From positions 29,535 to 93,534 of the forward strand of contig JAEEZR010000010.1 in assembly GCA_016292035.1 (NCBI GenBank): a DNA stretch of 64,000 nt, given 5' to 3'. Positions 40,833 to 50,500 of this stretch are shown here, piece by piece. The stretch's first letter is position 1; each line of letters opens with the position of its first letter. The position numbers were made by a program, and so were the translations under genes. The notes under the pieces were generated by a model that had not been told where the DNA came from, searched no databases, and worked only from the letters and a program-made list of their open reading frames with translations. This DNA comes from Bacillales bacterium. Lineage in GTDB: Bacteria; Bacillota_I; Bacilli_A; RF39; UBA660.

Positions 40833-42095
40833 ATGAATATTAGGGAATTAACTAAAGAAGAATTTGATAACTTTTCAAAAAACCATATGCTTGGTAGTTT
40901 TTATCAAACTAGTTCATATGGAAATGTTATGGAAAGCGAAGGATATACTTCTATTTATGTAGGCGGTTTTAAAGATGATGAATTAATGGCAGGAGCTTTA
41001 ATTCTTTCTAAAACAATATCTCTTAATGTAAAATACGGATATAGTCCAAGGGGATTTCTAGTAGATTACTTTGATAAAGAAACATTTAGTGAGTTTATTA
41101 AAGCATTAAAGTCTTACTTTTCTAAGAAAGGCTTTGCATTTATTAAGATTGACCCTATTATCACTTTATCAATTTTAAATAATAAAAATGGTAATAAGAC
41201 TCTTAACTCTACTTCTGCTAATTTGATAAATACATTAGAAGAAAATGGTTTTAAGAAACTTAAAGATAATTTATATTTTGAGAGTATACTTCCTAGATTT
41301 AACCCTATTATTAATTTAAAAGATTTTAGTTATAATAAGGTAGATCCAAAGATATATAATAAAATTTCTAAATTTCAATCTAAAGGTTTAACTCTTAATA
41401 AATGTGATATATATGATATAAATGCTTTTTATGAGTTTGTTAAGAGAAAAAATGATTATTCTAGTGATTTTTATAAAACTATATTTAAAGAGTTTAGTGA
41501 AAAAGATATGGCTGATTTATATTTAATTAGTATGGATTATCATTCATATTTGCATCACTTACAAGAGGATATTACTATTGAAGAAGTACTAAATGAAAAA
41601 ATTAATAGAATACTTCAAATGGATCCATCTAACAAGTCTATATTAAACGAAAAGATGAATAGTGATAAAAAACTAAATGATATTAATGAAGAAATAGCAT
41701 CTGTTAATCAAAAGATTCAAAATGGCACTACTAAAGAAGACATTGCTAGTGCATTAGTTATTAAATATAATGGTATTGCTACTATATTTGCTTCTGGTTT
41801 TAATAAACAATATAATAAGTTACTTCCTAATCATTTCATGCACTACTATCTAATAGATCATTATAAAGAGGAAGGATTTAAATTCTTTGATTTAAATGGT
41901 ATTACAGGTGACTTTAGTGATAGTAATCCATATAAAGGATTAAATGACTTTAAGATTGGATTTAGTCCTGTTATATTTGAATATATTGGAGAATTTGATT
42001 TAGTAATTAACAATACTAAATATTCTCTTCTACTTTCTACTAAAGCAATTCAAAGAGAATTCACAAAAAAAGGACTTAAGAGTACAAACTCTTAA
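40833..42095 (+). CDS. FemAB-family peptidoglycan interpeptide-bridge aminoacyltransferase
   Basis: About 420 aa with two GNAT-like lobes separated by a coiled-coil insertion (aa ~240-300). N-terminal FYQTSSYG and C-terminal FDLNGI...YKGLNDFKIGF match the FemX/FemA pattern. Confidence 0.8.
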   Translation: MNIRELTKEEFDNFSKNHMLGSFYQTSSYGNVMESEGYTSIYVGGFKDDELMAGALILSKTISLNVKYGYSPRGFLVDYFDKETFSEFIKALKSYFSKKGFAFIKIDPIITLSILNNKNGNKTLNSTSANLINTLEENGFKKLKDNLYFESILPRFNPIINLKDFSYNKVDPKIYNKISKFQSKGLTLNKCDIYDINAFYEFVKRKNDYSSDFYKTIFKEFSEKDMADLYLISMDYHSYLHHLQEDITIEEVLNEKINRILQMDPSNKSILNEKMNSDKKLNDINEEIASVNQKIQNGTTKEDIASALVIKYNGIATIFASGFNKQYNKLLPNHFMHYYLIDHYKEEGFKFFDLNGITGDFSDSNPYKGLNDFKIGFSPVIFEYIGEFDLVINNTKYSLLLSTKAIQREFTKKGLKSTNS

Positions 42096-42114
42096 GTCTT
42101 TTTTTATTTATTAA

Positions 42115-42633
42115 TTACTTTAAAGCTTCAAGTAATTCAGCTTTTTTCATTGTAGTGTATCCTTCGATACCTTTTTCTTTAGCTATTTCTTTTAATTCAG
42201 CTACAGTTTTGCTTGATAAATCAGTTGTTTCTTTTTTAGCTTCTTTTGTTTCAGCTTTAGGAGCTTTTACAGCTTTTCCTTCTAAACCATCTTTAGCTAT
42301 TTTAACTAATTTAGCAAATTCATTCATGTCAACTATTGCTAGTTCAGATAACATCTTTCTGTTGATTTCAACACCAGCTTTTTGTAGTCCATTAATGAAT
42401 TTAGAATAACTAATATCATTTTGTCTACAAGCAGCATTTATTCTTGTTATCCATAATTTTCTGAAGTTACCTTTATTTTTCTTTCTGTCGTTGAAACTAT
42501 ATCTTCCTGAATGCATTAATTGTTCTTGAGCACTCTTATATAGTCTGTGTTTGCTTCCAAAGTAACCTTTAGCAGCTTTTAATACTTTTTTTCTTCTTTG
42601 TCTACTAACAATTCCGCCTTTAACTCTTGTCAT
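42115..42633 (-). CDS. rplT: 50S ribosomal protein L20 with a 55-aa C-terminal extension (Rho_N/HeH-like motif)
   Basis: Canonical L20 covers aa 1-117 (MTRVKGG..RRKKVLK..GYFG..). Then comes a Lys/Ala/Glu linker and [30 protein letters not shown]. Confidence 0.93.
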   Translation of the reverse strand: MTRVKGGIVSRQRRKKVLKAAKGYFGSKHRLYKSAQEQLMHSGRYSFNDRKKNKGNFRKLWITRINAACRQNDISYSKFINGLQKAGVEINRKMLSELAIVDMNEFAKLVKIAKDGLEGKAVKAPKAETKEAKKETTDLSSKTVAELKEIAKEKGIEGYTTMKKAELLEALK

Positions 42634-42639
42634 TTACTA

Positions 42640-42834
42640 CTACCCCCTTAATGCTTTCTTGTATCTATTTGTATCAGCTTGTGATAAAGTAGATCCCTTT
42701 CTGTGATCTCTGTTGAAGCTTGTTGGCTTCTTTCCTGTTTTATGGTTTGCTCCTGGTTTACCAATTTTAGTGCTTCCACCAGGTCTTACTGTAACTTTTT
42801 TAGCTATTCCTTTATGTGTCTTTTGTTTTGGCAT
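42640..42834 (-). CDS. rpmI: 50S ribosomal protein L35
   Basis: MPKQKTHKGIAKK..., 64 aa, located between infC and rplT. Confidence 0.95.
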   Translation of the reverse strand: MPKQKTHKGIAKKVTVRPGGSTKIGKPGANHKTGKKPTSFNRDHRKGSTLSQADTNRYKKALRG

Positions 42835-42855
42835 ATCTTTCTCCTTCTTTCTTTT

Positions 42856-43377
42856 TTATTTAGGTGCTACTACAAGGCTAATACTTCTTCCTTCAAGTTT
42901 AGCTTCTTCACTAATACTTCCGTGTTCGCTTAGTCCTTCAGCAAATTTTTCTATTACTTCTTTTCCTAGTTCTGGATGCGCAATTTGTCTACCTTTGAAT
43001 CTTATAGACACTTTAATTTTGTGACCTTTTTCAAGGTAACTACTTGCGTTTCTTAATTTAGTTTCGAAGTCATGTTTATCAATTGTAACGGATAAACGGT
43101 ATTCTTTTAAATCAAGATTTTGTTCTCTTTGTTTTTTCTTTTGTTCTTTTTCTTTCTTTAGTTTTTCATATTTAAACTTATTATAGTCAATTACTTTGCA
43201 TACTGGTGTAGGGCCGTTAGCACTCATAAGTACTAGATCAAGTCCTGCATATCCTGCTAGTGTTAGAGCATCTTGTTTACTTTTAATACCAAGTTTTTCT
43301 CCATTTGGTCCTATGACCATCATTGAATCAACATTTATTTGTTCATTAATTAGAACATCGTCTTTTTGCTTTGCTAT
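42856..43377 (-). CDS. infC: Translation initiation factor IF-3 (non-AUG ATA start)
   Basis: IAKQKDDVLINEQINVDSMMVIGPNGEKLG is a canonical IF-3 N-terminus. GGAGGTG lies 7 nt upstream of the ATA at 43375-43377. The track's 20-aa extension is Cys/Phe-rich non-IF3 sequence that overlies the leader. Confidence 0.9.
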   Translation of the reverse strand: MAKQKDDVLINEQINVDSMMVIGPNGEKLGIKSKQDALTLAGYAGLDLVLMSANGPTPVCKVIDYNKFKYEKLKKEKEQKKKQREQNLDLKEYRLSVTIDKHDFETKLRNASSYLEKGHKIKVSIRFKGRQIAHPELGKEVIEKFAEGLSEHGSISEEAKLEGRSISLVVAPK

Positions 43378-43520
43378 TTTAAAGCACCTCCAAATATAAA
43401 AGTGAATGCATAATATGCATCCACTTAAAAACTTCAAAATGATTAATTTCTTAGCTTTTTACCTACTTACCTATTATAAGTCAGGTGAGTGCGTGGATGC
43501 ACTGCTTTCTCTTTTTCGTA
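43378..43520 (-). promoter_or_regulatory. Candidate L20 leader (infC operon autoregulatory 5' UTR)
   Basis: A 5' UTR of about 140 nt with a long-range helix: gtgcatccac pairs 9 of 10 positions with gtggatgcat about 75 nt downstream. The position matches the Firmicutes L20 leader. Identity not verified. Confidence 0.45.
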
Positions 43521-43524
43521 TTAA

Positions 43525-43553
43525 ATAATACACTATAATCTATTATATGTCAA
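43525..43553 (-). promoter_or_regulatory. Promoter of the infC-rpmI-rplT operon
   Basis: On the minus strand, TTGACA (overlapping the pbp TGA stop), a 17-nt spacer, then TATTAT. Confidence 0.55.
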
Positions 43554-45700
43554 GAGTTTATTTGAGTTTCTTTCTTTTCTTCTTTTTTCTCAACATATAT
43601 TGGCTCTAAAGTAATGTCAATGATTTCACTTGGATTTACTTTTTTACCTCTTAAATCTGTATTCTTTGCGTATCCAAAGCCACTATATTTAAATTTAGTT
43701 CCTACTAGTTTTCCATATATTTCTAGATCATTCTTACTAAAGCCTTCTACATTTATATGGCTTAGATTATTATCATTAGTTAATAAGAATACTTTATCAT
43801 TAGAGTTAACTACTGCTCCTTTATTAGGGTACTGATTGATTACTTTAGTTCCACTTCCTATTACTATTATATTTGATTTAGTGTCTTTTAATGTTTCTTT
43901 AGCAAGTGTTACATCTTTATTTATTAAAGATGGCATTTTAAATTCATTTTTTACTTCATCTACATACTTACCTGTTATTCCTAAGTATGAGCTTATATCC
44001 TGCACTAATCCTCTATATGCTTCTTGTGGAAGAGACATAGATGTTATTTTACTTGCTGCTATATATACTAGTATTTGTGGATCATCTGCTGGGAATAATG
44101 CTGCAAAGCTTCTTATGTAGTCATAGTATCCAGTTAAGTATCTTCCTGTGTTTGGATCAGCTATTTCTGCTGTACCTGTTTTACCAATAGTTACTACTGG
44201 AGAAGTCTTATATCCAGTAGAAGCTGCAACTGGGTCATCAGAGTTTACTGCTCCCCACATTAATTTTTTCATTTTATCAATTGTTTTTTTACTTGCTACT
44301 TGTCTTACTTCTGTTCTTTCATTTTCTAATATTACATTTCCTTTTGAGTCAGTTACTTTCTTTACTATATATGGTTTTAATATAACTCCATCATTAGCAA
44401 TAGAAGTAAATGCCTGGACCATTTGAACTGGTGTAACTGTCATACCTTGTCCAAATGAAGCATTAGCTACTTCTATATCAACTTTGAATGGAAGTGTTCC
44501 ATATTCTTCATTAGGAAGATTGATTCCTGTTTTTTCACCTAGACCTAGTTTAGTATAGAAGTCTTTTAGCATCTTTCCGCCTTGTCTTAATGCGAGTTTT
44601 GATGCCGCTACGTTTGATGATGCCATATATCCTTGGTCATAAGTGATCTCTCCCCATCCCCATGTGTTCCAGTCACTTATTTTGTATCCATCAACCACTA
44701 TATTACCTGACATATATTTTTCTTTTTCATCATATAATCCATTTTCGATAGCACTCATAAATGAGAATGTTTTCATTGTAGAACCAGGTTCATATGTATA
44801 AGAAACAAATGGATCATAATAACTCTTTATATTTTTAGTATTGGGATCAAAACTAGGGTTAGATGCTACTGCTAGTATTTCTCCTGTTTTAGCATTAGTT
44901 ACACTTACACTAGCCCATTCAAGGTATGATGCTTCTTCCATTTTTGCAAGAGCTTGTTCTGCAAATAATTGGATATTAGTATCAATAGTTAAGTAAATAT
45001 TATCTCCATTTTCAGCTGCTACTACATTTTCTTTAGCTCCTGCCATTTTATATCCGTAGATATCTCCTTCATATTCTCTTGAACCATTTTTACCAGTTAA
45101 TTCATCATTAAATTCTAGTTCTACTCCCATTTCTCCAACTACACTACCGTCTTCATACGTTTTAGCATATCCTAGAGTATAACTTAGGAAGTCTCCATTA
45201 GGGTAATATCTTTTTACGCTTTTTATGAAGTCTATTCCTGGTAGTTCTAATTTTTCTATTTGTTCTTTTACGAGTTCAGTTATTCCTCTTCCACCAGGGC
45301 CAAGTTCAACTTGGTATACATCTGGTATATTTAATAAGTATAGTATATCTTCTTCGCTCATATTGATGATAGGACTTAATGCTTTTGCTGTTTTTTCTTT
45401 ATCTACTACGTGATTAGGACTAGACATATCAGTAGTTCTACTTGGTTCTAGATACGCTATTACAGTATATGAGTTAATATTTACAGATAATATATTTCCT
45501 AAAGAATCATATATAGTTCCACGCTCAGCAAATATTTTTTCTTTAACAGTATTTCTACTTTCTGCAAATGCAGTTAAGTCAATTCCGTCCACAGTTTTAC
45601 TAAGTACTATATAAGATAATCTTACAGATATTACTGCAAATAAAAAAACAACAACTAATATAAATAGCTTATATATTTTTACAGTTCTTGTTTTTTTCAT
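43550..45700 (-). CDS. Class B penicillin-binding protein (FtsI/PBP2B type) with C-terminal PASTA domains
   Basis: N-terminal TM helix, STMK (SxxK), SSN (SxN), KTGTA motifs, and two C-terminal PASTA-like repeats. It follows ftsL in the dcw cluster. Confidence 0.9.
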   Translation of the reverse strand: MKKTRTVKIYKLFILVVVFLFAVISVRLSYIVLSKTVDGIDLTAFAESRNTVKEKIFAERGTIYDSLGNILSVNINSYTVIAYLEPSRTTDMSSPNHVVDKEKTAKALSPIINMSEEDILYLLNIPDVYQVELGPGGRGITELVKEQIEKLELPGIDFIKSVKRYYPNGDFLSYTLGYAKTYEDGSVVGEMGVELEFNDELTGKNGSREYEGDIYGYKMAGAKENVVAAENGDNIYLTIDTNIQLFAEQALAKMEEASYLEWASVSVTNAKTGEILAVASNPSFDPNTKNIKSYYDPFVSYTYEPGSTMKTFSFMSAIENGLYDEKEKYMSGNIVVDGYKISDWNTWGWGEITYDQGYMASSNVAASKLALRQGGKMLKDFYTKLGLGEKTGINLPNEEYGTLPFKVDIEVANASFGQGMTVTPVQMVQAFTSIANDGVILKPYIVKKVTDSKGNVILENERTEVRQVASKKTIDKMKKLMWGAVNSDDPVAASTGYKTSPVVTIGKTGTAEIADPNTGRYLTGYYDYIRSFAALFPADDPQILVYIAASKITSMSLPQEAYRGLVQDISSYLGITGKYVDEVKNEFKMPSLINKDVTLAKETLKDTKSNIIVIGSGTKVINQYPNKGAVVNSNDKVFLLTNDNNLSHINVEGFSKNDLEIYGKLVGTKFKYSGFGYAKNTDLRGKKVNPSEIIDITLEPIYVEKKEEKKETQINS

Positions 45701-45704
45701 ATTA

Positions 45705-46001
45705 TTACTCCTCTGTTGAAACTCTTCTTATATTACTATTATTATACCCCAAACCATAAGTTGTTGCAACAGCTTCAACATTGTCTAAAGATGCTAGTTC
45801 ATTAATTTTCATTTCTAAACTTGCATTAATATTTTCTTGTTTAGCAATTTTTTCTTTTATGCTTTCTACTTCAAAATTGGTTTTTGAAATAAAAGCCATA
45901 GATAAAGAACCACCGAAAATATTTCCGATTATTAAAACACCTATTAAGAAACGTAATGTTCTTTCACCTCTAAATAAGTTTTTCTTTCTGTTCTTTATCA
46001 T
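45705..46001 (-). CDS. ftsL: Cell division protein FtsL
   Basis: 98 aa bitopic protein with a TM helix and a coiled coil, located between rsmH and pbp. Confidence 0.75.
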   Translation of the reverse strand: MIKNRKKNLFRGERTLRFLIGVLIIGNIFGGSLSMAFISKTNFEVESIKEKIAKQENINASLEMKINELASLDNVEAVATTYGLGYNNSNIRRVSTEE

Positions 46002-46014
46002 ATTCTTTCTCCTT

Positions 46015-46917
46015 TTATATTTTTTCTATTATTCTTAGTTTTGCACTTCTACTTCTATTATTGTCTTCTAGTTCTTTATCAGTAGCCACTAATGGCTTTC
46101 TTGTTATATTTATAGCTTTTGCTTTCATATCATCTGGCACTACTGGTAGTTTCTTTGAAAGCGGATTATCGCTTGTTAATTCTTTAAAAACCTCTTTTAC
46201 TATTCTATCTTCCAAACTATGAAAAGAAATAATACATAGTCTTCCATGAGGAGCCAATAAATCAAATGCATCTTTAATGGAACTTTCTAAAATTCGAAGT
46301 TCATCATTAACTTCTATTCTTATTGCTTGAAATGTTTTCCTACAAGGATTTTCTTTTCTTCTATAACTTTCTGGGACATTATTCTTAATTATCTCAGCAA
46401 GTTCTAGTGTAGTGTTAATTGGTCTATTATTTACAATAGCTTTAGCAATTGATTTAGCATTTGCTTCTTCCCCATAGCAATATAGTAAATTGATTAAATC
46501 GTTAAGTGAATATTCATTTACTACTTCTTTGGCACTTAACTTTTGCCTTCTATCCATTCTCATGTCTAGAGGTGCGTCTTTATGAAAACTAAAACCCCTT
46601 GAAATTTCGTCAAGTTGTGGAGAGCTAACCCCTAGATCGAATAGTATTCCATCTACTGGTTCTTTAATATACTCTTTCATATTCTTAAAATTTGTATGAA
46701 AGATTTTAAAGTTATTACCTATCTTACTTAGTTTTTCACTGCTATAAGTAACTGCTTCCTCATCTTGATCAAAGGCGAATAGGAACCCCTCAGTTTCTAA
46801 TCTCTTCAAAATTTCCCCTGAATGGCCAGCATAGCCAAGTGTTGCATCGATATATTTGCCACTAGCCTTAATGTTTAATCCTTCAATTGATTCATCTAAT
46901 AATACACTCTTATGCAT
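46015..46917 (-). CDS. rsmH: 16S rRNA (cytosine1402-N4)-methyltransferase
   Basis: HKSVLLDESI..., DATLGYAGHS, FDLGVSSPQLD motifs. The ATG at 46917 has a GGAGGAG RBS, so the track's start at 46962 is less likely. Confidence 0.93.
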   Translation of the reverse strand: MHKSVLLDESIEGLNIKASGKYIDATLGYAGHSGEILKRLETEGFLFAFDQDEEAVTYSSEKLSKIGNNFKIFHTNFKNMKEYIKEPVDGILFDLGVSSPQLDEISRGFSFHKDAPLDMRMDRRQKLSAKEVVNEYSLNDLINLLYCYGEEANAKSIAKAIVNNRPINTTLELAEIIKNNVPESYRRKENPCRKTFQAIRIEVNDELRILESSIKDAFDLLAPHGRLCIISFHSLEDRIVKEVFKELTSDNPLSKKLPVVPDDMKAKAINITRKPLVATDKELEDNNRSRSAKLRIIEKI

Positions 46918-47347
46918 TTTCTCCTCCAGTAAATAAATTTTCTGCAATGTCTGCAAAGGCATCTAGATTACTCTCCATGAAAGTATTAAACGCATCCTCA
47001 GCCCATACTTCTATGTGTTCGTTTACGCCAATTATAACGCAGTTCTTTGTTAAATTGGCGTAACGAACGAGTGGTGAGGTAATATTAATTCGACCTTGCT
47101 TATCGAATTCGCTAGTGGATGCTCCGCCTAAGAAAAATCTATTGAAGTTTCTGACGTCGCCTTTAGTAAATGGAAGAGAAGCAAGTTTGTTAGTAATCTT
47201 CTCCCATTCAGATTTTGAATAAATGAATAAACATTTATCTAGACCACGAGTAACGATAATTTCGTCGCCCAAATCATATCTGAATTTAGAAGGAATAATT
47301 AATCTGCCTTTTTCATCAATACTGTGATGATATTCTCCCATTAGCAT
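46910..47347 (-). CDS. mraZ: Transcriptional regulator MraZ
   Basis: Two SpoVT/AbrB-like repeats with DEKGRLIIPSKFR and DKQGRINI motifs. First gene of the dcw cluster. Confidence 0.93.
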   Translation of the reverse strand: MLMGEYHHSIDEKGRLIIPSKFRYDLGDEIIVTRGLDKCLFIYSKSEWEKITNKLASLPFTKGDVRNFNRFFLGGASTSEFDKQGRINITSPLVRYANLTKNCVIIGVNEHIEVWAEDAFNTFMESNLDAFADIAENLFTGGENA

Positions 47348-47356
47348 TTTAATCCC

Positions 47357-47391
47357 CCACTTTCTTCCACTTCACTCCACTATCTACCACT
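47357..47391 (-). promoter_or_regulatory. MraZ operator: four direct AGTGG boxes at exact 10-bp spacing
   Basis: The plus strand shows ccact at 47357, 47367, 47377 and 47387. On the minus strand this is AGTGGtagatAGTGGagtgaAGTGGaagaaAGTGGggga, immediately upstream of the mraZ ATG. Confidence 0.75.
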
Positions 47392-47490
47392 ATTTTACAT
47401 TAATACTTTTTTCTTGTAAATAGCAAAATTAAAAAAAATAAAAGTTTTTTTAAAGTTGTACACCTTCTTTACAAATAGATGTTTTTTAAC

Positions 47491-47523
47491 TACAAAAAAC
47501 AGAAAATATTTCTATTTTCTGTT
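47491..47523 (-). terminator. Intrinsic terminator after the 1267-aa gene
   Basis: 11-bp stem aacagaaaata/tattttctgtt with a 4-nt loop, followed by TTTTTTG on the minus strand. Confidence 0.75.
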
Positions 47524-47531
47524 TGATTTTG

Positions 47532-50500
47532 TTAGCATGAACAACTAATGGATGAAGGCAATCCTGGCCCTTTAGGACAAGTACTTGCACTACTATTGCA
47601 GTAGTTCTTTAGACAATTTGTATCTGTTCCAACACATTTATAATAGTTAGATACACCTTTTGTTCCTCCGTTACAAGTCCAGCTTCCGCTTGCTGCTCCG
47701 CTTCCTGTATTAGTATATTTGACTGAGCATCCTTTAATTGTACCGGTTGTTCCATTACATTCATAAGAAGCTGTCCAATACCATTTGTTACCAGATCCTG
47801 AGTATGCTGTCCTTGTGACTGTACAGGAACTTTTTACTGCTTTTACTGTACAAGTAACATTATTAGTAACATTTCTAACTGTCAGTGTACTTCCTGATAG
47901 AGAACATCCTGTTCCTGTTACTGTTGATCCAGATAATTTATAATTATTAGATGCAGTAAGTGTAAAAGTAGCATTTGATGAGTGATTGATTAATGCACTA
48001 GATGGATTTGACGAACATCCTGTACATGAAACTGATACTGTGTATTGTTTAATTGGAATATTAACGTTGCAGCTTACATTACTTGTAACATTGCTTGCTG
48101 TTACTGTGCTTCCAGAGATTGTACAACCTCCAGTTACTGTAGCTTTTGATATATCATAGTTTTCGTTTGCTGTTATAGTAAATGATGCATTAGAGCCATA
48201 TTCTACTATTTGTGAATTACTTGAAGTAGTGCCGTTTGTTACTGATAAGTTAACGGTATACTTAAGTTTGTTCATTGAAGCTACACACGATCTATCTTTT
48301 CCGACATTATACGCTGTTATTTTTCCATTTTCGGCTTTGCATCCACTTGATGTTGTTGTTAGAGTGTTAATATCATATCCAGTTGATGCTGTAACTGTTG
48401 ATACAGTTGTTTCTCCTGGAGCCACTTCAACATAGCTAGGAGCTGCACTTCCGTGATCAACTATAAATCTTATTTCATATGCAAGTGGTGATAAAGTTAC
48501 GGTGCATGTTTGATTGTTATAAGCATTCTCTATTGATAAGGCATTTCCTTTTAGTTTACATCCTTCTCCACTTACTGTAGAATGTCTGATCATGTATCCT
48601 TCTTTAGGATTAATTGTTAATACTTTATCAGAATGTTTTTCTACTTCAAATGATACTTCTGATTCTTTACAGTTTTCACATATAACATTTACTTTGACAT
48701 TTTCATATGGAAGTATTCTATATGGATTATCTACTGTTCCGTCAGCATCATTAGTTAGAACATCATTATTTAATGATATTACCGGTCTTATAGCATAGTT
48801 TTTATCAACTGTCATTGCTTGGAATGAACCATATGTTCCGCTTCTTCCATTTACTTCATAAATATATCCTACTGCTTTTGCAGTTGAACTAGTAGTTGAT
48901 GCTATTTTAGCTGGTGACATTGTCCACCATCTTTGGTTACCCATGATTGATGAACCAATACTATTTAAATAATACCATGCTTTTGAGTTCCCTTTTCCAG
49001 AACTTCCTCCTGCAAATACTATCTCATCTATAGTCATTAGGGCTATTGGATATTTAAGTGATTCATTTCCGTTTTTAGTGCTATATCTATCTGATAATTC
49101 TTCACATGCATATGATGGCTCATCTATTTTATAAGCTCTCTTATAAGCATTAGTATATACAGTTGTTTTTATTTTACCATTGTCTTTTATTGTATATGTT
49201 CCATTATATATTGATGAATCACCACAGTAGATAGCATTCCTATTTATATAGTTAGAATATCTTACTAGATTTCTACTATAATAGTTATCTATCATAAGTT
49301 TTACATCTGAATCATATATATTAGTTCTTAACTCATCTAGATCACTATAAGAACTTCCATACATATATCTAATAGCACTTGGATATATTTTATCGTTAAA
49401 GTTACTAGATGCTATTGAAGCATTTGTAGTTGAAGGATTTGGTCCTACATAAAGAAGTCTTACACCATTTCCTTCATTATTAGAGTTGGTTCTAATTATT
49501 CTCCAATATAGTTCTTTTCCTTCATTATTTTTACCGAATATTACCCAGTTATTTGTTACATTTCCTCTATAAAAATATACTCTTGATTTATCTTGTGTAT
49601 CAGTTGTGTAGTATATTTCTCCTGTGTTATTATTTTTGTCTACTTTATTATAGTCTATGCTTGCTGCTGATATGCTTTTATTATCATCTAATATCTTTTC
49701 AGATAATACATGACTTTTTGTTTTTGCAATTACTGTGCATGTAGTATCTTCCACTACATTTTTTACTGTAAGTTCATTATTTTCATTTAAAATGCAGTTT
49801 GTTTCATTAGATGAAGTAACGTCTGCATTTCTTAAAGTAAATCCACTAGTTGCTGTTATTGCAAATGTAGCATTGCTTCCTTCATATACACTTTTTTGTC
49901 CGAAGTTACTAGTGCAGTTTGAACATAAAACTGTTACTGTATGTTTTGGCTTTGGTTCTGGTGGTATTTTAGGTAGTGATATATTGTAAGATACATTTTT
50001 AGTTACGTGTACTTTCAGTATATCTTCTTCAAGTAAACATCCTCCACCATTATAGTAAGCTCCTTGTGTTGTGTAACCTTCTTCTGGAATTAAAGTATAA
50101 GTTAAATCTTGACCATATGCTTGATCGCTTTCTGTTATTGTGCTTGGATTTGCTCCTGTTATATTTACATTTACTGAAAAGAATTCTTGATTTAAAGTGA
50201 CTTTGCATCTACCATTTTTAGTTATATATGCACTTACAAGATTACCACTTACTGTGCATCCTTCATATCCTTCAGTAGTGGCACCTTCTAGTATATATCC
50301 TTCTTTTGGTTCTATTATTCTATTAACTTCTTGACCATATTCTACTTCAAATAGTGATTCAAATCCCGCCTGTGCTTCATCAGAAGTGAAATAAAAATAA
50401 TATTTCTCTTTATCCAGTTTTATATTACATACTGTATTTTTTTCTATATTAGTTGCTAATACTTTTAAGTTGTTTTCTTCATCTATATATAATTTACAGT

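Noticed and set aside
47832-48704. Many N-x-S/T sequons (NVTS, NATF, NCTS) in the pilin modules, suggesting N-glycosylation.
   Set aside because: The NVT at the end of each module is part of the InlB-B-repeat-type family consensus. Asn, Ser and Thr are generally abundant in these proteins and in this AT-rich genome. No glycosyltransferase gene is nearby, so there is no specific support.
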